Positions 19,542 through 29,515 of a DNA stretch of 64,000 bases are shown piece after piece. The position numbers and the translations under genes were made by a program. The stretch spans positions 128,001 to 192,000 of the forward strand of contig CAXXLZ010000001.1 of assembly GCA_963675595.2 (NCBI GenBank). The letters are read 5' to 3'. Origin of the DNA: Thermodesulfobacteriota bacterium (GTDB lineage Bacteria; Desulfobacterota; Desulfarculia; JACQYL01). Numbering within the stretch: the first letter of the stretch is position 1; the number at the start of each line of letters is the position of its first letter. The notes below the pieces were generated by a model that was not told the origin of the DNA, searched no databases, and was given only the letters and a program-made list of their open reading frames with translations.

Positions 19542-21071
19542 ATGCTCGCCAAGGTGCTGAGTTCGGCCATTCTGGGGGTGGACGCCTATCTGGTGGAAGT
19601 GGAAGTGGACATCACCTCGGGTCTTCCCGCCATGGCCACCGTGGGTCTGGCCGAAGGAGCCGTTCGGGAAAGCAAGGACCGGGTCAAGGCCGCCGTCAAG
19701 AATTCGGGATATCGCTTTCCCGTGGACCGCATCACCGTAAATCTGGCGCCGGCGGATCGGAAGAAGGAGGGGTCAGGATTCGACTTGCCCATGGCCGTGG
19801 GCATCCTCGCCGCCACGGGCGCGGTGGTTCCAGAGAAGCTGAACCGCTACGTGCTGAGCGGAGAGCTGTCCCTGGACGCCCGGGTCAAGGGAGTCCGCGG
19901 AGTGCTCCCCATGGCCGTGGAAGCCCGGGAAAAGGGCCTCACCGGGGTGGTGATTCCCCGGGAGAACGCCGCGGAAGCCGCCGTGGTGCAGGGCATCGAG
20001 GTCGTGGGCGTGGACTCCCTGTCCCAAGCCGTGGAATTCCTCAACGGAGGGGACGCGGGCGTTACGCCTCAAATCGGGTCCCGACCGTCCGAGGACCCCG
20101 TGCCCGAATATGCCGTGGACTTCAACGAGGTCAAAGGCCAGGAACAGGCCAAGAGAGCCCTGGAAGTGGCCGCCGCCGGCTCCCACAACGTCCTGATGAT
20201 GGGCCCTCCGGGTTCGGGCAAGACCATGCTGGCCAGGCGGTTGCCGTCCGTCCTGCCCGGTCTGTCCTTCATGGAATCCCTGGAGTGCTCCAAAATCTAC
20301 AGCGTCATGGGACTCATGCCCGACGGCCGAGGTCTCATCAGTGCGCGGCCTTTCCGATCTCCCCACCACACCATTTCCGACGCGGGCCTCATCGGAGGCG
20401 GCATCATCCCCAGACCCGGAGAAGTGAGCCTGGCTCACCACGGCGTGCTGTTTCTGGACGAGTTGCCCGAATTCAAGAAAAACGTGCTGGAAGTGCTGCG
20501 GCAACCTCTGGAAGACGGGGTGGTCACCATTGCCCGCGCTTCGTCCAGCATGACCTATCCCGCCCGCTTCATGCTGGTGGCCGCCATGAACCCGTGCCCC
20601 TGCGGCTACCTGGGAGACCCGCGGCATCCCTGCACCTGCCAGACACCGGCGGTGGAACGCTACCAGGCTCGAGTTTCGGGACCCCTGTTCGACCGCATCG
20701 ACATTCAGGTGCACGTGCCGGCAGTGAGCTACCGCGACCTCAGCGCCCACACGGCCGGGGATTCTTCGACACAAATCCGCCAACGAGTGGAGACCGCCCG
20801 GAAAGTCCAGCTCGACCGTTTCCACGGACTTCCCGTGTACACCAACGCCCAGATGGGCAGCCGCCTCATCCAACAATTCTGCAAACTGGACCCCGGCGGA
20901 AAAACTCTCCTGGAAACCGCCATGGAACGCCTGGGCCTGTCCGCCCGAGGCTACGCCCGGATCCTGAAAATCTCCCGAACCATCGCCGATCTGGCCGGAG
21001 AAGAACAGATCGCCCCGGCCCACGTGGCCGAAGCCGTCCAGTACCGGAGCCTGGATCGGAGGAAGCGATAA
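19542..21071 (+). CDS. comM: YifB/ComM Mg-chelatase-like AAA+ ATPase
   Basis: VRESKDRV, NLAPADRKKEGSGFDLP, GPPGSGKTMLA, PFRSPHHT, LFLDELPEF, AMNPCPCG, LSARG. Confidence 0.96.
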   Translation: MLAKVLSSAILGVDAYLVEVEVDITSGLPAMATVGLAEGAVRESKDRVKAAVKNSGYRFPVDRITVNLAPADRKKEGSGFDLPMAVGILAATGAVVPEKLNRYVLSGELSLDARVKGVRGVLPMAVEAREKGLTGVVIPRENAAEAAVVQGIEVVGVDSLSQAVEFLNGGDAGVTPQIGSRPSEDPVPEYAVDFNEVKGQEQAKRALEVAAAGSHNVLMMGPPGSGKTMLARRLPSVLPGLSFMESLECSKIYSVMGLMPDGRGLISARPFRSPHHTISDAGLIGGGIIPRPGEVSLAHHGVLFLDELPEFKKNVLEVLRQPLEDGVVTIARASSSMTYPARFMLVAAMNPCPCGYLGDPRHPCTCQTPAVERYQARVSGPLFDRIDIQVHVPAVSYRDLSAHTAGDSSTQIRQRVETARKVQLDRFHGLPVYTNAQMGSRLIQQFCKLDPGGKTLLETAMERLGLSARGYARILKISRTIADLAGEEQIAPAHVAEAVQYRSLDRRKR

Positions 21072-21082
21072 AGAAGAGCTTA

Positions 21083-21114
21083 CCGGTGGAGACTTTCGAG
21101 AAAGTCTCCACCGG
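21083..21114 (+). terminator. Hairpin downstream of comM
   Basis: CCGGTGGAGACTTTC-GA-GAAAGTCTCCACCGG perfect inverted repeat; no clear U tract. Confidence 0.6.
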
Positions 21115-21290
21115 ACCCCCGCCAAAGCCTTCTGGGTGGGCCTCACCGCCTGCGGCGGAGAGGCGAGGCGGAGCGCAGGGTGTGGGCGAGGAAGAGCATG
21201 AAGGTTCGGCGGTAGTGAAGGTGAGGTAAGTGAAGTAGTTATACTGTTTGAATGCATAGGTATATGTGAGGTGGAGGCCCCCTGGCGGTA

Positions 21291-21450
21291 GATTGGGCTG
21301 TATGCCTGCCGAGCCAAGCCATGGGCTTGCTCGGAATCATTCACCAACCAGGGAGGCCTCCTGGTGGGCAGTATCTGCTACATCGGTCTGGACGTTCACA
21401 AGGAAACGATTACCTATGATCGAATTTGTCACGTTAGTCAACAACGTCCC
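21291..21450 (+). mobile_element. 160-bp repeat copy 1: IS110-family left-end remnant fused to a 33-bp mobile-element terminus
   Basis: Near-identical to 29842-30001; GGAGG RBS and GTG start of (V)GSICYIGLDVHKETITY (IS110 DEDD N-terminus), then GATCGAATTTGTCACGTTAGTCAACAACGTCCC. Confidence 0.8.
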
Positions 21451-21492
21451 TAATACTTCCTACTTTCCGGACCAACTCTGAAGGTTAAGTCC

Positions 21493-22116
21493 ATGCCGCC
21501 GAAACAGCGATTCAGTCGAGAAGATGTGGTAGATGCCGCTTTTTCCGTCGTCCGAAAAGAAGGATGGGCTGGGCTTTCAGCTCGTGCCATTGCCAAAGAG
21601 CTGAATTCCTCCACCCGGCCCATTTATGACCACTTGAAATCCATGAAGCATATCGAAAACGAGGTGGTTAAAAAGGCCCTCGCTTTTTTTGTCGATTTCA
21701 TCAGCAGGGACCGGACCGGAGACAAGTGGCTCGACCAGGCCTTGGGATACGTGCTGTTTGCCGACCAGGAAAAACACCTCTTCCGATGCATTAACGACGA
21801 AAAGCACATCCAAGCACAGAAAACATTTGCCCGGGAGCACTGGGAGCGGCTCGGCGAACAACTCGCGGATGACCCTCGTTTCAAGGGCCTTGCTCCTGAG
21901 GAAAGGAACAGGATTCGCGTTGTGCGATGGTTCATGCTTCACGGGCTTTCTTTTCTCGTCAGCAATGGCTGGTACAGGCTTTCGGATAAGGAAAAATCGA
22001 TTCTGCTCGATAAGAGGAAGATGACCCTGGTCGATTTTCTTCGGACTGCAAACCAGGCTGTGTATGACGGAATCATGAAGTCATTTGAGGGCGAAGATGA
22101 GCGCAAAGGGTTTTGA
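21493..22116 (+). CDS. TetR/AcrR family transcriptional regulator
   Basis: MPPKQRFSREDVVDAA...LSARAIAKELNSSTRPIY HTH. Confidence 0.9.
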   Translation: MPPKQRFSREDVVDAAFSVVRKEGWAGLSARAIAKELNSSTRPIYDHLKSMKHIENEVVKKALAFFVDFISRDRTGDKWLDQALGYVLFADQEKHLFRCINDEKHIQAQKTFAREHWERLGEQLADDPRFKGLAPEERNRIRVVRWFMLHGLSFLVSNGWYRLSDKEKSILLDKRKMTLVDFLRTANQAVYDGIMKSFEGEDERKGF

Positions 22117-22225
22117 TCGGAAGGGGCACAGGCGGGGAAAATTTTTTCATGGAAAAACAACACATGTTGTGTAACGATTGTTGTCCTTATAGCTGTCCAG
22201 CATTTTCTACGGGCAAGGAGATACA

Positions 22226-23119
22226 GTGAAGCCGGACCGGCCAAGCATTACCGCTGAAAATATCGCCGCACTGCGGGCCATTGAAACGATGCGCCCTGAA
22301 AAGGAACGGATCTTTTCAGATCCGTTTGCCGTTCAATTTCTTTCCGATCGACTTTCGGAAGTATCGACCTCACGCGCGTTTCGAGAGCGGCTTCTTTTCC
22401 ATTGGGAGCGGGTCACTCCCGGGGTTTGCGGTGCGGTTCTGATACGAACCCGGTTTATCGACGACTGCTTGACCCGGGAGATTGAAAAGGGTGTTCGCCA
22501 AATCGTCATTCTCGGGGCAGGCTATGATACCCGCGCACTGCGCTTTTCGCGGATGTGTGAAAACTCCGCCGTATTCGAACTCGACCATCCGGCCACGCAG
22601 AAGCTGAAACTGGACAAAATCAAGCAGCACATGGAGATCCTCCCGAAGCATGTCCAATACATTTCAATTCAGTTCGAGAAAGAGCTATTGGAAGAAAAAT
22701 TGTACGCGCCATCCTTTGACCCTCTTGAGAAGACCTTTTTCGTCTGGGAAGGGGTCAGCTATTACATGCCGCCGGCTGCTGTAGACCGAACGCTTTTTTT
22801 TATTGCGAACCACAGCGGGGAGGGGAGTTCCGTCGTTTTCGACTATTTTCCCCCATCGGTGGCGGATGGTAGCTGCCTGCGAGCCGAAAGCGTGGGACTC
22901 AGGGGAAGCCTGAAAGTGTTCGGGGAAGAGATACTGTTCGGCATTGCACCGGAGAAGATAGTCGATTTTTTGGAAGCGCGGGGTTTTTTCAAAGTGAAGA
23001 ATTGCACGGCTATGGAATACAGGCGGAACTGCGGTTTGGAAAAGCAAATAGACCTGCCCGTTTCGGAAATTTTCCATTTTGTCCACGCAAAGGTGAAACC
23101 AAAAACAGGGGAAGGATAG
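22226..23119 (+). CDS. SAM-dependent methyltransferase, leucine carboxyl methyltransferase-like family
   Basis: DPFA, RTRFIDD, QIVILGAGYDTRA, FELDHP, WEGVSYY. Confidence 0.9.
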   Translation: MKPDRPSITAENIAALRAIETMRPEKERIFSDPFAVQFLSDRLSEVSTSRAFRERLLFHWERVTPGVCGAVLIRTRFIDDCLTREIEKGVRQIVILGAGYDTRALRFSRMCENSAVFELDHPATQKLKLDKIKQHMEILPKHVQYISIQFEKELLEEKLYAPSFDPLEKTFFVWEGVSYYMPPAAVDRTLFFIANHSGEGSSVVFDYFPPSVADGSCLRAESVGLRGSLKVFGEEILFGIAPEKIVDFLEARGFFKVKNCTAMEYRRNCGLEKQIDLPVSEIFHFVHAKVKPKTGEG

Positions 23120-23149
23120 ATCCCCCGGCGGGAAAAGGAGGTTCGGAAC

Positions 23150-24697
23150 ATGAAGATTCAGTCCATGACAGACTTGCGCAGGTGGAAATGGTTTCTTGGG
23201 GTATCGGCAATAGTGATATTTTCTTTCTGTTTGAACGGCACGGTTTTGGCCATGGAGCCCAAAAAGGGCGGAACCCTGATTTTCGGGGTAGAAGAGGAAT
23301 TTGCGGGTTTCGACGCCTTGAAAGCGCGGGGTTTTGCCATTTGTGATGCGATCGCAAACTCAGTCATCCAGGAACGGCTTTTTGAGATAAACGACAAGGG
23401 AGAACTGATTCCGATTCTGGGATTGTCGGCGACTCCTTCATCAGACCGGAAAACCTGGACGATCGCTCTTCGAAAGGGGGTCTTTTTTCATGACGGCACA
23501 CCGTTCACCGCCGACGCCGTGGTGGCGCACTGGGAGCGGCTCCTGGATCCGAAAAATCGATTCGGCGGCCGGGATACGATTGCCCCGATTCAGTCCGTGG
23601 AAAAAGTGGACGATTTTGCCGTTCGCTTTGTCCTGGCTCACCCCTGGCTTCCTTTTTTAGCCACGCTTTCCGACGGAAGGACTCTGGCCCCCTGCATTCC
23701 CTCGCCCAAGGCGGTTGCCGAGGATCTGCAGAACCGAGCGCCTGTGGGAACCGGCCCTTACATGTTCAAAGAATGGGTGTCCGGAGACTGTTTTGTCGTC
23801 GCGCGCAACCCTCATTACTGGAAACAAGGGCTACCCTATCTGGATGAAATCATTTTTAAACCGATGCCCGACAGCCAGACCCGATATGCAAGCCTCGAGA
23901 CCGGCCAGATGGATATGATCTGGACCGACCGGGGCGCCGCCATTGAAAAAGCTGAAAAGGATCCCGCACTGGTTCACTATGTCAGTGAGGGAAACGGGGC
24001 TGAAATATTCATCCTCAACACAGCCAAACCGCCCCTGGATGATGTCCGGGTCCGCAGGGCCCTGGCCTATGCTTGGGATCAGCAGGTTTGTGTAAAGCTT
24101 AGTTATGAGGACGGCATCCCCTTGGTTAAGACGCCGTTCGGGGTCGGAATGGATTGCGGTGAGGCAGGATACCCTGCTCACAACCTGGAAATTGCCAGGG
24201 AGCTGGTCGCCGATTACGGCAAGCCCGTGGAAATCGAATGCCTTCACTCCAACACCAAAAGAGGTCAAGAGCAGGGAGAACTACTGCAGCAGTTTGCGAA
24301 AAAAATCGGGGTGACTATCAAACCGATAGGGATGAGTTTTGGGCCTGTGGTGAAAAAGGTGGTGACCAGGGACTACCAGATTTCGACATGGAGAATTCCC
24401 GCCCTGTGCGATCAAGGCGCGAATCTTTTTTCGGCCCTCCACAGCAAGAGCCGGAGAAACTGGTCTGGAATTAATGACTCCGATCTGGACAGCCTTGTAC
24501 TTGCCCAGAACAGCTCGACCGACCCGAAAGAAAGAAGTGCCCTTCTGTGCAAAATTGCCGAGAAGATCAACGAGGATGTGCCGTTTATCTATCGAGGGGG
24601 GCGTCGGTTTCATGTCCTGTCCAAGAAAGAGGTCAAGGGAAGGGTCAGGTTTCAGAACGGGATCTTTGAGCTATCGGACCTCTGGCTGGACCGGTAG
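23150..24697 (+). CDS. ABC transporter substrate-binding protein, peptide/nickel family 5
   Basis: Signal peptide, LRKGVFFHDGTPFTADAV, PVGTGPY, DVRVRRAL. Confidence 0.93.
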   Translation: MKIQSMTDLRRWKWFLGVSAIVIFSFCLNGTVLAMEPKKGGTLIFGVEEEFAGFDALKARGFAICDAIANSVIQERLFEINDKGELIPILGLSATPSSDRKTWTIALRKGVFFHDGTPFTADAVVAHWERLLDPKNRFGGRDTIAPIQSVEKVDDFAVRFVLAHPWLPFLATLSDGRTLAPCIPSPKAVAEDLQNRAPVGTGPYMFKEWVSGDCFVVARNPHYWKQGLPYLDEIIFKPMPDSQTRYASLETGQMDMIWTDRGAAIEKAEKDPALVHYVSEGNGAEIFILNTAKPPLDDVRVRRALAYAWDQQVCVKLSYEDGIPLVKTPFGVGMDCGEAGYPAHNLEIARELVADYGKPVEIECLHSNTKRGQEQGELLQQFAKKIGVTIKPIGMSFGPVVKKVVTRDYQISTWRIPALCDQGANLFSALHSKSRRNWSGINDSDLDSLVLAQNSSTDPKERSALLCKIAEKINEDVPFIYRGGRRFHVLSKKEVKGRVRFQNGIFELSDLWLDR

Positions 24698-24803
24698 GCG
24701 GATATTTCCGTTAACAATGCAGAGAGAGGTCTTTGATTCCGCCGTGGATACATTCCGAATAGAGCCTGAATAAAAAGGCGTTACGATTGGGCCGGGAAAG
24801 TGA

Positions 24804-25757
24804 GTGCGACGAATGGGGAAAAAAGCCCTGCACCTTGTCTTGGTGGTTTTAGTGGTGTCGGCAATCACCTTTTTGGTGGTGGATGTGCTCCCCGGCGATA
24901 TTGCTTTCCGGATCGCCGGCGAAACGGCAACCCTCGAGGACATTCAGGCGATCCGGGAAGAACTCGGACTCGAACGCAATCCTTTCCTCCGGTACGTGAG
25001 TTGGGTTGCCGATGTGTGTCAGGGCGACCTTGGCATCTCCCACCTCACCCACGAACCGGTACTGACTGCGATCGTCGCCCGACTTCCCGTGACCGTCGAA
25101 CTGATGGTTTCGGCCCAAATGATCGCCCTGGTTCTGTCGGTGCCTGCAGGGATTTACGGAGGATACAGGCCAAGGTCATTTCTCGACCGTTTTCTGGGGT
25201 CCACCGGTTTTGCCCTTATGTCGATGCCGGGGTTTGTGATGGCCCTGGTTTTGATCTATCTCTTCGCCATAAAGGTCGGATGGTTCCCGGCCACCGGTTT
25301 TGTGCCCCTGTCCGCCGGCCCCCTGGACAACCTGCGATCGATTTTGCTCCCGGCCATGAGCCTTGCCCTCATTGAGTGGGTGCCGCTCATGCGGGTGCTC
25401 AGAAACGACATGATAGCGACTCTACGGGAAGATTTCATCCTCATGGCCCGGTCCAAGGGGCTGCCGCCCCGCTCCATTTTATTCCGGCATGCGCTTCGCC
25501 CCTCTTTGTTCACGCTGGTTACCCTGTTGGGCATACAGATCGGCCATCTGATCGGCGGAGCAGTGATCGTGGAGACCATCTTTGCTTTGCCGGGAATCGG
25601 CCGTTTGCTGATCGGAGCCATTTTCAACCGTGATTTTATGGTTGTTCAGGGATGCGTTCTTTTCATCACGGTCGGTTACGTGATGGTCAACTTCCTTGTC
25701 GATATCTCCTACACCGTTCTTGACCCCCGGCTTCGGAGGGAGGGGCACGGTGACTGA
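24804..25757 (+). CDS. ABC transporter permease (DppB-like)
   Basis: PGD, GDLGIS, EAA loop ARSKGL, GAVIVETIFALPGIG, LDPR. Confidence 0.93.
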   Translation: MRRMGKKALHLVLVVLVVSAITFLVVDVLPGDIAFRIAGETATLEDIQAIREELGLERNPFLRYVSWVADVCQGDLGISHLTHEPVLTAIVARLPVTVELMVSAQMIALVLSVPAGIYGGYRPRSFLDRFLGSTGFALMSMPGFVMALVLIYLFAIKVGWFPATGFVPLSAGPLDNLRSILLPAMSLALIEWVPLMRVLRNDMIATLREDFILMARSKGLPPRSILFRHALRPSLFTLVTLLGIQIGHLIGGAVIVETIFALPGIGRLLIGAIFNRDFMVVQGCVLFITVGYVMVNFLVDISYTVLDPRLRREGHGD

Positions 25758-26688
25758 ATTCAGCCGTGGCTCGATGACTTCCAGGGTCCGCTGCTCCCGC
25801 GTTACCGGGTCGAGATCTTTTTCAAAAGCTCTTGGCGAGTCTTTCCGGCTTTCCGTTTTATGGCTCGCCTGTGTCCTGTTTTTTGCTGTCACAGCCAATT
25901 TCTGGCCCCTTCCCGAATATGACCACATGGACTGGAAGAACCCTGCGGCCCCACCGGGGACCGAAAGCTCTTCCCCGGAGCAGAGCGTCGAAGGGGTGGC
26001 GGGGAAAAAATGGGTCCACATCCTGGGAACCGATACCATGGGGAGAGACATCTTTTCGCGCATCGTTTTCGGTGCCCGGGTTTCCCTGGCCGTCGGATTG
26101 ATAACCCCTTGCATCGGGTTGGCGATCGGCGGAATTTTGGGCATGCTGGCCGGATTTTACAGGGGGCGGGTGGAGTCATTGATTGTGGCGATCATGGACG
26201 CCGTATTGGCATTCCCGGGCCTGGTGCTTCTGTTGGTAATCACATTTGCCTTGGGAGCCGGCCTTTCGAACATGATCCTGGCATTGGGGATTCTGACCAT
26301 TCCAGGTTTTACCAGAGTTGCTCGCGCCAACACTCTCAAGGTCGGCGTATTGGAATTTGTCCAGAGCGCCCGAATGCAAGGGCAACGCGATTTCGACATC
26401 TTGCTGAGAGAAATTCTACCCAATGTAATTTGGCCTTTAGTCGTCTATGCGCTGCTGGTGGTGTCTTATATGATTATTGCAGAGGGGGCCCTTAGCTTTC
26501 TCGGTTTGGGGGTTCCCGCACCGACCCCGAGCTGGGGCGGAATGATTGCCGAGGGAAGAGAGATTCTCGACAGGGCGCCGCATGTCAGCTTGATTCCGGC
26601 CCTTGTCATGTTTCTCACGGTCCTTTCCTTCAACATCATGGGAGATTCTTTGAGGCGGGTGATTGATCCGAAAGAGGAGCAATGGTGA
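25750..26688 (+). CDS. ABC transporter permease (DppC-like)
   Basis: HILGTDTMGRDIFSR, EFVQSAR, LSFLGLG, PSWGGMI. Confidence 0.93.
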   Translation: MTEFSRGSMTSRVRCSRVTGSRSFSKALGESFRLSVLWLACVLFFAVTANFWPLPEYDHMDWKNPAAPPGTESSSPEQSVEGVAGKKWVHILGTDTMGRDIFSRIVFGARVSLAVGLITPCIGLAIGGILGMLAGFYRGRVESLIVAIMDAVLAFPGLVLLLVITFALGAGLSNMILALGILTIPGFTRVARANTLKVGVLEFVQSARMQGQRDFDILLREILPNVIWPLVVYALLVVSYMIIAEGALSFLGLGVPAPTPSWGGMIAEGREILDRAPHVSLIPALVMFLTVLSFNIMGDSLRRVIDPKEEQW

Positions 26689-27695
26689 CACTCATGGCTG
26701 CCGATTCGGAAACACCTGCTCTTCAGGTGAAAAATCTCACGGTTTCCCTCCATACCCCTCGCGGAACCGTGCGAGCGGTAAACGATGTTTCCTTTGCCGT
26801 TGAACGGGGTAAAACTCTTGGTATTGTAGGTGAATCGGGCTGCGGCAAGACGATCCTGTGCCGAACCTTGATCGGTTTGCTTCCGGACTGTGCTGTTGTC
26901 GGCGGAGAGTCGCGGGTCGCTTTTAACGGCAAGGGTCTGCTCCGGCTCCCGGACCCTGATTTGAACAAGATTCGAGGCATGAAGATAGCCATGGTCTTCC
27001 AGGACCCTCTTTCTTCCCTCAATCCGGTGATGACCATCGGCCGGCAAATTGCCGAGGCCCTCGTTTATCACCTTGGAATGAAATGGAAAGATGCCGATTT
27101 TCAAGCCATCGAATTGCTTCGGTCTGTCGGGATTCCAAGTCCTGAACGGCGGGCGAGGCAATATCCGCACCAGTTATCGGGGGGAATGAGACAAAGAGTG
27201 GCCATCGCCATCGCCCTTTCCTGCAAGCCGAAGCTATTGATTGCGGACGAGCCGACGACGGCGCTTGATGTGACCGTTCAAGAAGCTGTTCTCGACCTGT
27301 TGGTACTTAACCAGACGGAAAGGAAGATGGCTATAATCCTTGTCACCCACGATCTGGGGATCGCCGCCTCTCGCGCTCATGAAATTGCCGTGATGTATGC
27401 AGGAAGACTTGTCGAGCGGATTTCGGCTCAACAGCTGTTTGACCATGTACGGATGCCCTATACCCGGGCGCTTGTGGACGCATTACCGAAGATGAATCAA
27501 CCGCCCCACACCCCTCTTCGTTCCATCGATGGCCAACCTCCGGATTTGGCCGGAGAGATCGGAGGCTGCGCCTTTGCGCCGCGGTGCGATCGGGCCGAGG
27601 AAAGATGCCTCAGCAGTATCCCTCCCCTTCAGCCGACCGGTGATCCTCACCACCTGTTTGCGTGCTGGAATCCGATTCCGGAGAGCCGTCCATGA
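26682..27695 (+). CDS. ABC transporter ATPase (DppD-like)
   Basis: GESGCGKT, YPHQLSGGMRQR, ADEPTTALD, C-terminal Cys motif. Confidence 0.95.
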   Translation: MVTLMAADSETPALQVKNLTVSLHTPRGTVRAVNDVSFAVERGKTLGIVGESGCGKTILCRTLIGLLPDCAVVGGESRVAFNGKGLLRLPDPDLNKIRGMKIAMVFQDPLSSLNPVMTIGRQIAEALVYHLGMKWKDADFQAIELLRSVGIPSPERRARQYPHQLSGGMRQRVAIAIALSCKPKLLIADEPTTALDVTVQEAVLDLLVLNQTERKMAIILVTHDLGIAASRAHEIAVMYAGRLVERISAQQLFDHVRMPYTRALVDALPKMNQPPHTPLRSIDGQPPDLAGEIGGCAFAPRCDRAEERCLSSIPPLQPTGDPHHLFACWNPIPESRP

Positions 27696-28654
27696 AGGAG
27701 AGCCCCGCCATGCTGGAAGTCCGAAACATCGTGGTGGAGTTCGATGCCGGACGAGGCAGGCGTGTTCATGCGGTGTCGGATGTCAGCTTTCATATGACGC
27801 AGGGAGAAACGCTGGGTTTGGTGGGAGAATCCGGCTGCGGCAAGTCTTCTATCGCAAGGGCTGTGATGCAGCTTCCCCGTCCCACGTCCGGCCGTGTTGT
27901 TTTTCTGGGCGAAGATCTGACCAGGGTCGGCAAGGCGCGGCTCCGCCGGCTTCGGCCCGGCTTCCAGATGATCTTTCAGGATTCGATTTCTGCGCTCAAT
28001 CCCCGGCGAAAAGTTGGAGAAACTATTGCCGCGCCGTTGAGGGTCCCGGGAAAGACGCCCCATACGGAGCGGATTCAGAAAGCGCGGGAGATGATGAGCG
28101 CTGTCGGTCTCGAGCCGGCCCTATTCGATCACCGTCCTTTTCAGCTTTCCGGAGGGCAATGTCAGCGCATTCAGATTGCCAGGGCCCTTATGACAGGGCC
28201 CAAGCTTTTGATCTGCGATGAACCGGTGTCCTCCCTGGATGTCTCCGTACGGGCCCAGATCCTTAACCTCTTGGAGCGGCTTCGAACACGCCATGCACTT
28301 ACCATGCTGTTCATATCCCATGACATGGCGGTGGTGAAAAACGTGTGTGACCGGGTGGGCGTCATGTATCTGGGAAAGCTGTGTGAAGAAGCCCCCACCG
28401 AAGCACTTTTCCGGAGTCCGGCCCATCCCTATAGCGCCGTCCTCATAAGCGCGGTTCAGATGCCGGGCAATGCCATGGATTTTCCCAAAACAAGGGCCGG
28501 AGGGGTGGACCTTCCGACGCCGATCGATCCGCCTTCCGGATGCCGGTTTCACACCCGCTGCCCCTATGCGCGCCCTCTATGCAGCGAGCTTGAGCCGGCC
28601 TTGCGGAATATTGCCCTCCACCGCCAAGTCGCTTGCCATTTTCCGCTTTCTTAG
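27692..28654 (+). CDS. ABC transporter ATPase (DppF-like)
   Basis: GESGCGKS, LSGGQCQR, CDEPVSSLD, GCRFHTRCP, VACH. Confidence 0.95.
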   Translation: MKESPAMLEVRNIVVEFDAGRGRRVHAVSDVSFHMTQGETLGLVGESGCGKSSIARAVMQLPRPTSGRVVFLGEDLTRVGKARLRRLRPGFQMIFQDSISALNPRRKVGETIAAPLRVPGKTPHTERIQKAREMMSAVGLEPALFDHRPFQLSGGQCQRIQIARALMTGPKLLICDEPVSSLDVSVRAQILNLLERLRTRHALTMLFISHDMAVVKNVCDRVGVMYLGKLCEEAPTEALFRSPAHPYSAVLISAVQMPGNAMDFPKTRAGGVDLPTPIDPPSGCRFHTRCPYARPLCSELEPALRNIALHRQVACHFPLS

Positions 28655-28684
28655 CCCTCGGTGGTGGCCGATTTAACTGGAAAG

Positions 28685-28718
28685 TGCGTATTCCCCTGGA
28701 TTGTGACCACCCATTCCG
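28685..28718. mobile_element. Orphan IS21-family-like terminal inverted repeat
   Basis: TGCGTATTCCCCTGGATTGTGACCACCCATTCCG resembles IS21-family ends; no istA/istB nearby. Confidence 0.5.
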
Positions 28719-28819
28719 CTACAAACTTATCGGACGATTTCATACCAAAGGTTTTATCAATCACCGGCGAGCAATTTTCAGAATGTATCTTCAGCATATC
28801 GCAGGTATCGCGGGGAATT

Positions 28820-29100
28820 GGGGTCAGGTCTTGTCATTTGATTCTTGTCCTTCCAGTTGGACAATTCCGCTCACGGTGGAGCAATAAGACAGCATGCACG
28901 ATAAGTCCGCTTATGCAGCTCCACAACATCCCCCAGGATGGTCGGAAAGGTTCGCCGGTCGAAATCCTCAGGAAAAATCAGCCGTTCGGCAGATTCTCAT
29001 GACGGTAAATTGATAAAGGGCGACTGGAAATTCAGGTCTCAAGGGTCTCGACAGGGGCGGTGTTTGTATTCATGAATATCAAAAAACAAGACCTGAGCCC
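28820..29100. mobile_element. Segment bounded by REP-like inverted repeats of the type flanking RAYT/Y1 transposases
   Basis: GGGGTCAGGTCTTGT (28820-28834) and ACAAGACCTGAGCCC (29086-29100), 14/15 complementary; no transposase between them. Confidence 0.55.
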
Positions 29101-29218
29101 ACAGCACTTGTGCTACCTACAAGAGATAGGGACGCCGGCGGTGAACGTCGGTGGAACCGAGTTGCCGGCCGATGCCGTTCCCCCTTACAACCCACCAAAC
29201 AAGTCGAGGCATGACGCC

Positions 29219-29515
29219 ATGACCACATTCGACGATATCAGCCGGATCCTTCACGATCATCTGGGAGAATTACGGCGTATCTACGGGGTCGCCGAAATCG
29301 GCGTATTCGGTTCTTTTGTGCGCGGCGAACAGCAAGAGAACAGCGACGTGGACGTACTCGTCGAATGTTCGCGGCCGGTCGGGTTCGTGGCTTTCATGCG
29401 GCTGGAAGTCCATCTGCAGGGACTCCTGGGGAGGAAAGTCGATCTGGTGAGCAAGAAGGCCCTGAAACCTTATATCGGGAGGCGTATTCTGGAAGAGGTC
29501 CGCTATGTCGCCTGA
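29219..29515 (+). CDS. Minimal nucleotidyltransferase (MNT) antitoxin
   Basis: IGVFGSFVRGEQ..SDVDVLVE, LLGRKVDLV; overlaps the HEPN gene. Confidence 0.92.
   Translation: MTTFDDISRILHDHLGELRRIYGVAEIGVFGSFVRGEQQENSDVDVLVECSRPVGFVAFMRLEVHLQGLLGRKVDLVSKKALKPYIGRRILEEVRYVA

Noticed and set aside
19542-21071. comM disrupted by an island, a known integration hotspot
   Set aside because: The ORF is full length and no duplicated comM fragment is seen; the island starts downstream.
21418-21450. Integron attC site (GTTAGTC matches GTTRRRY)
   Set aside because: No matching inverse core with L-box hairpin, no intI, and cargo blocks are multi-gene with their own promoters.
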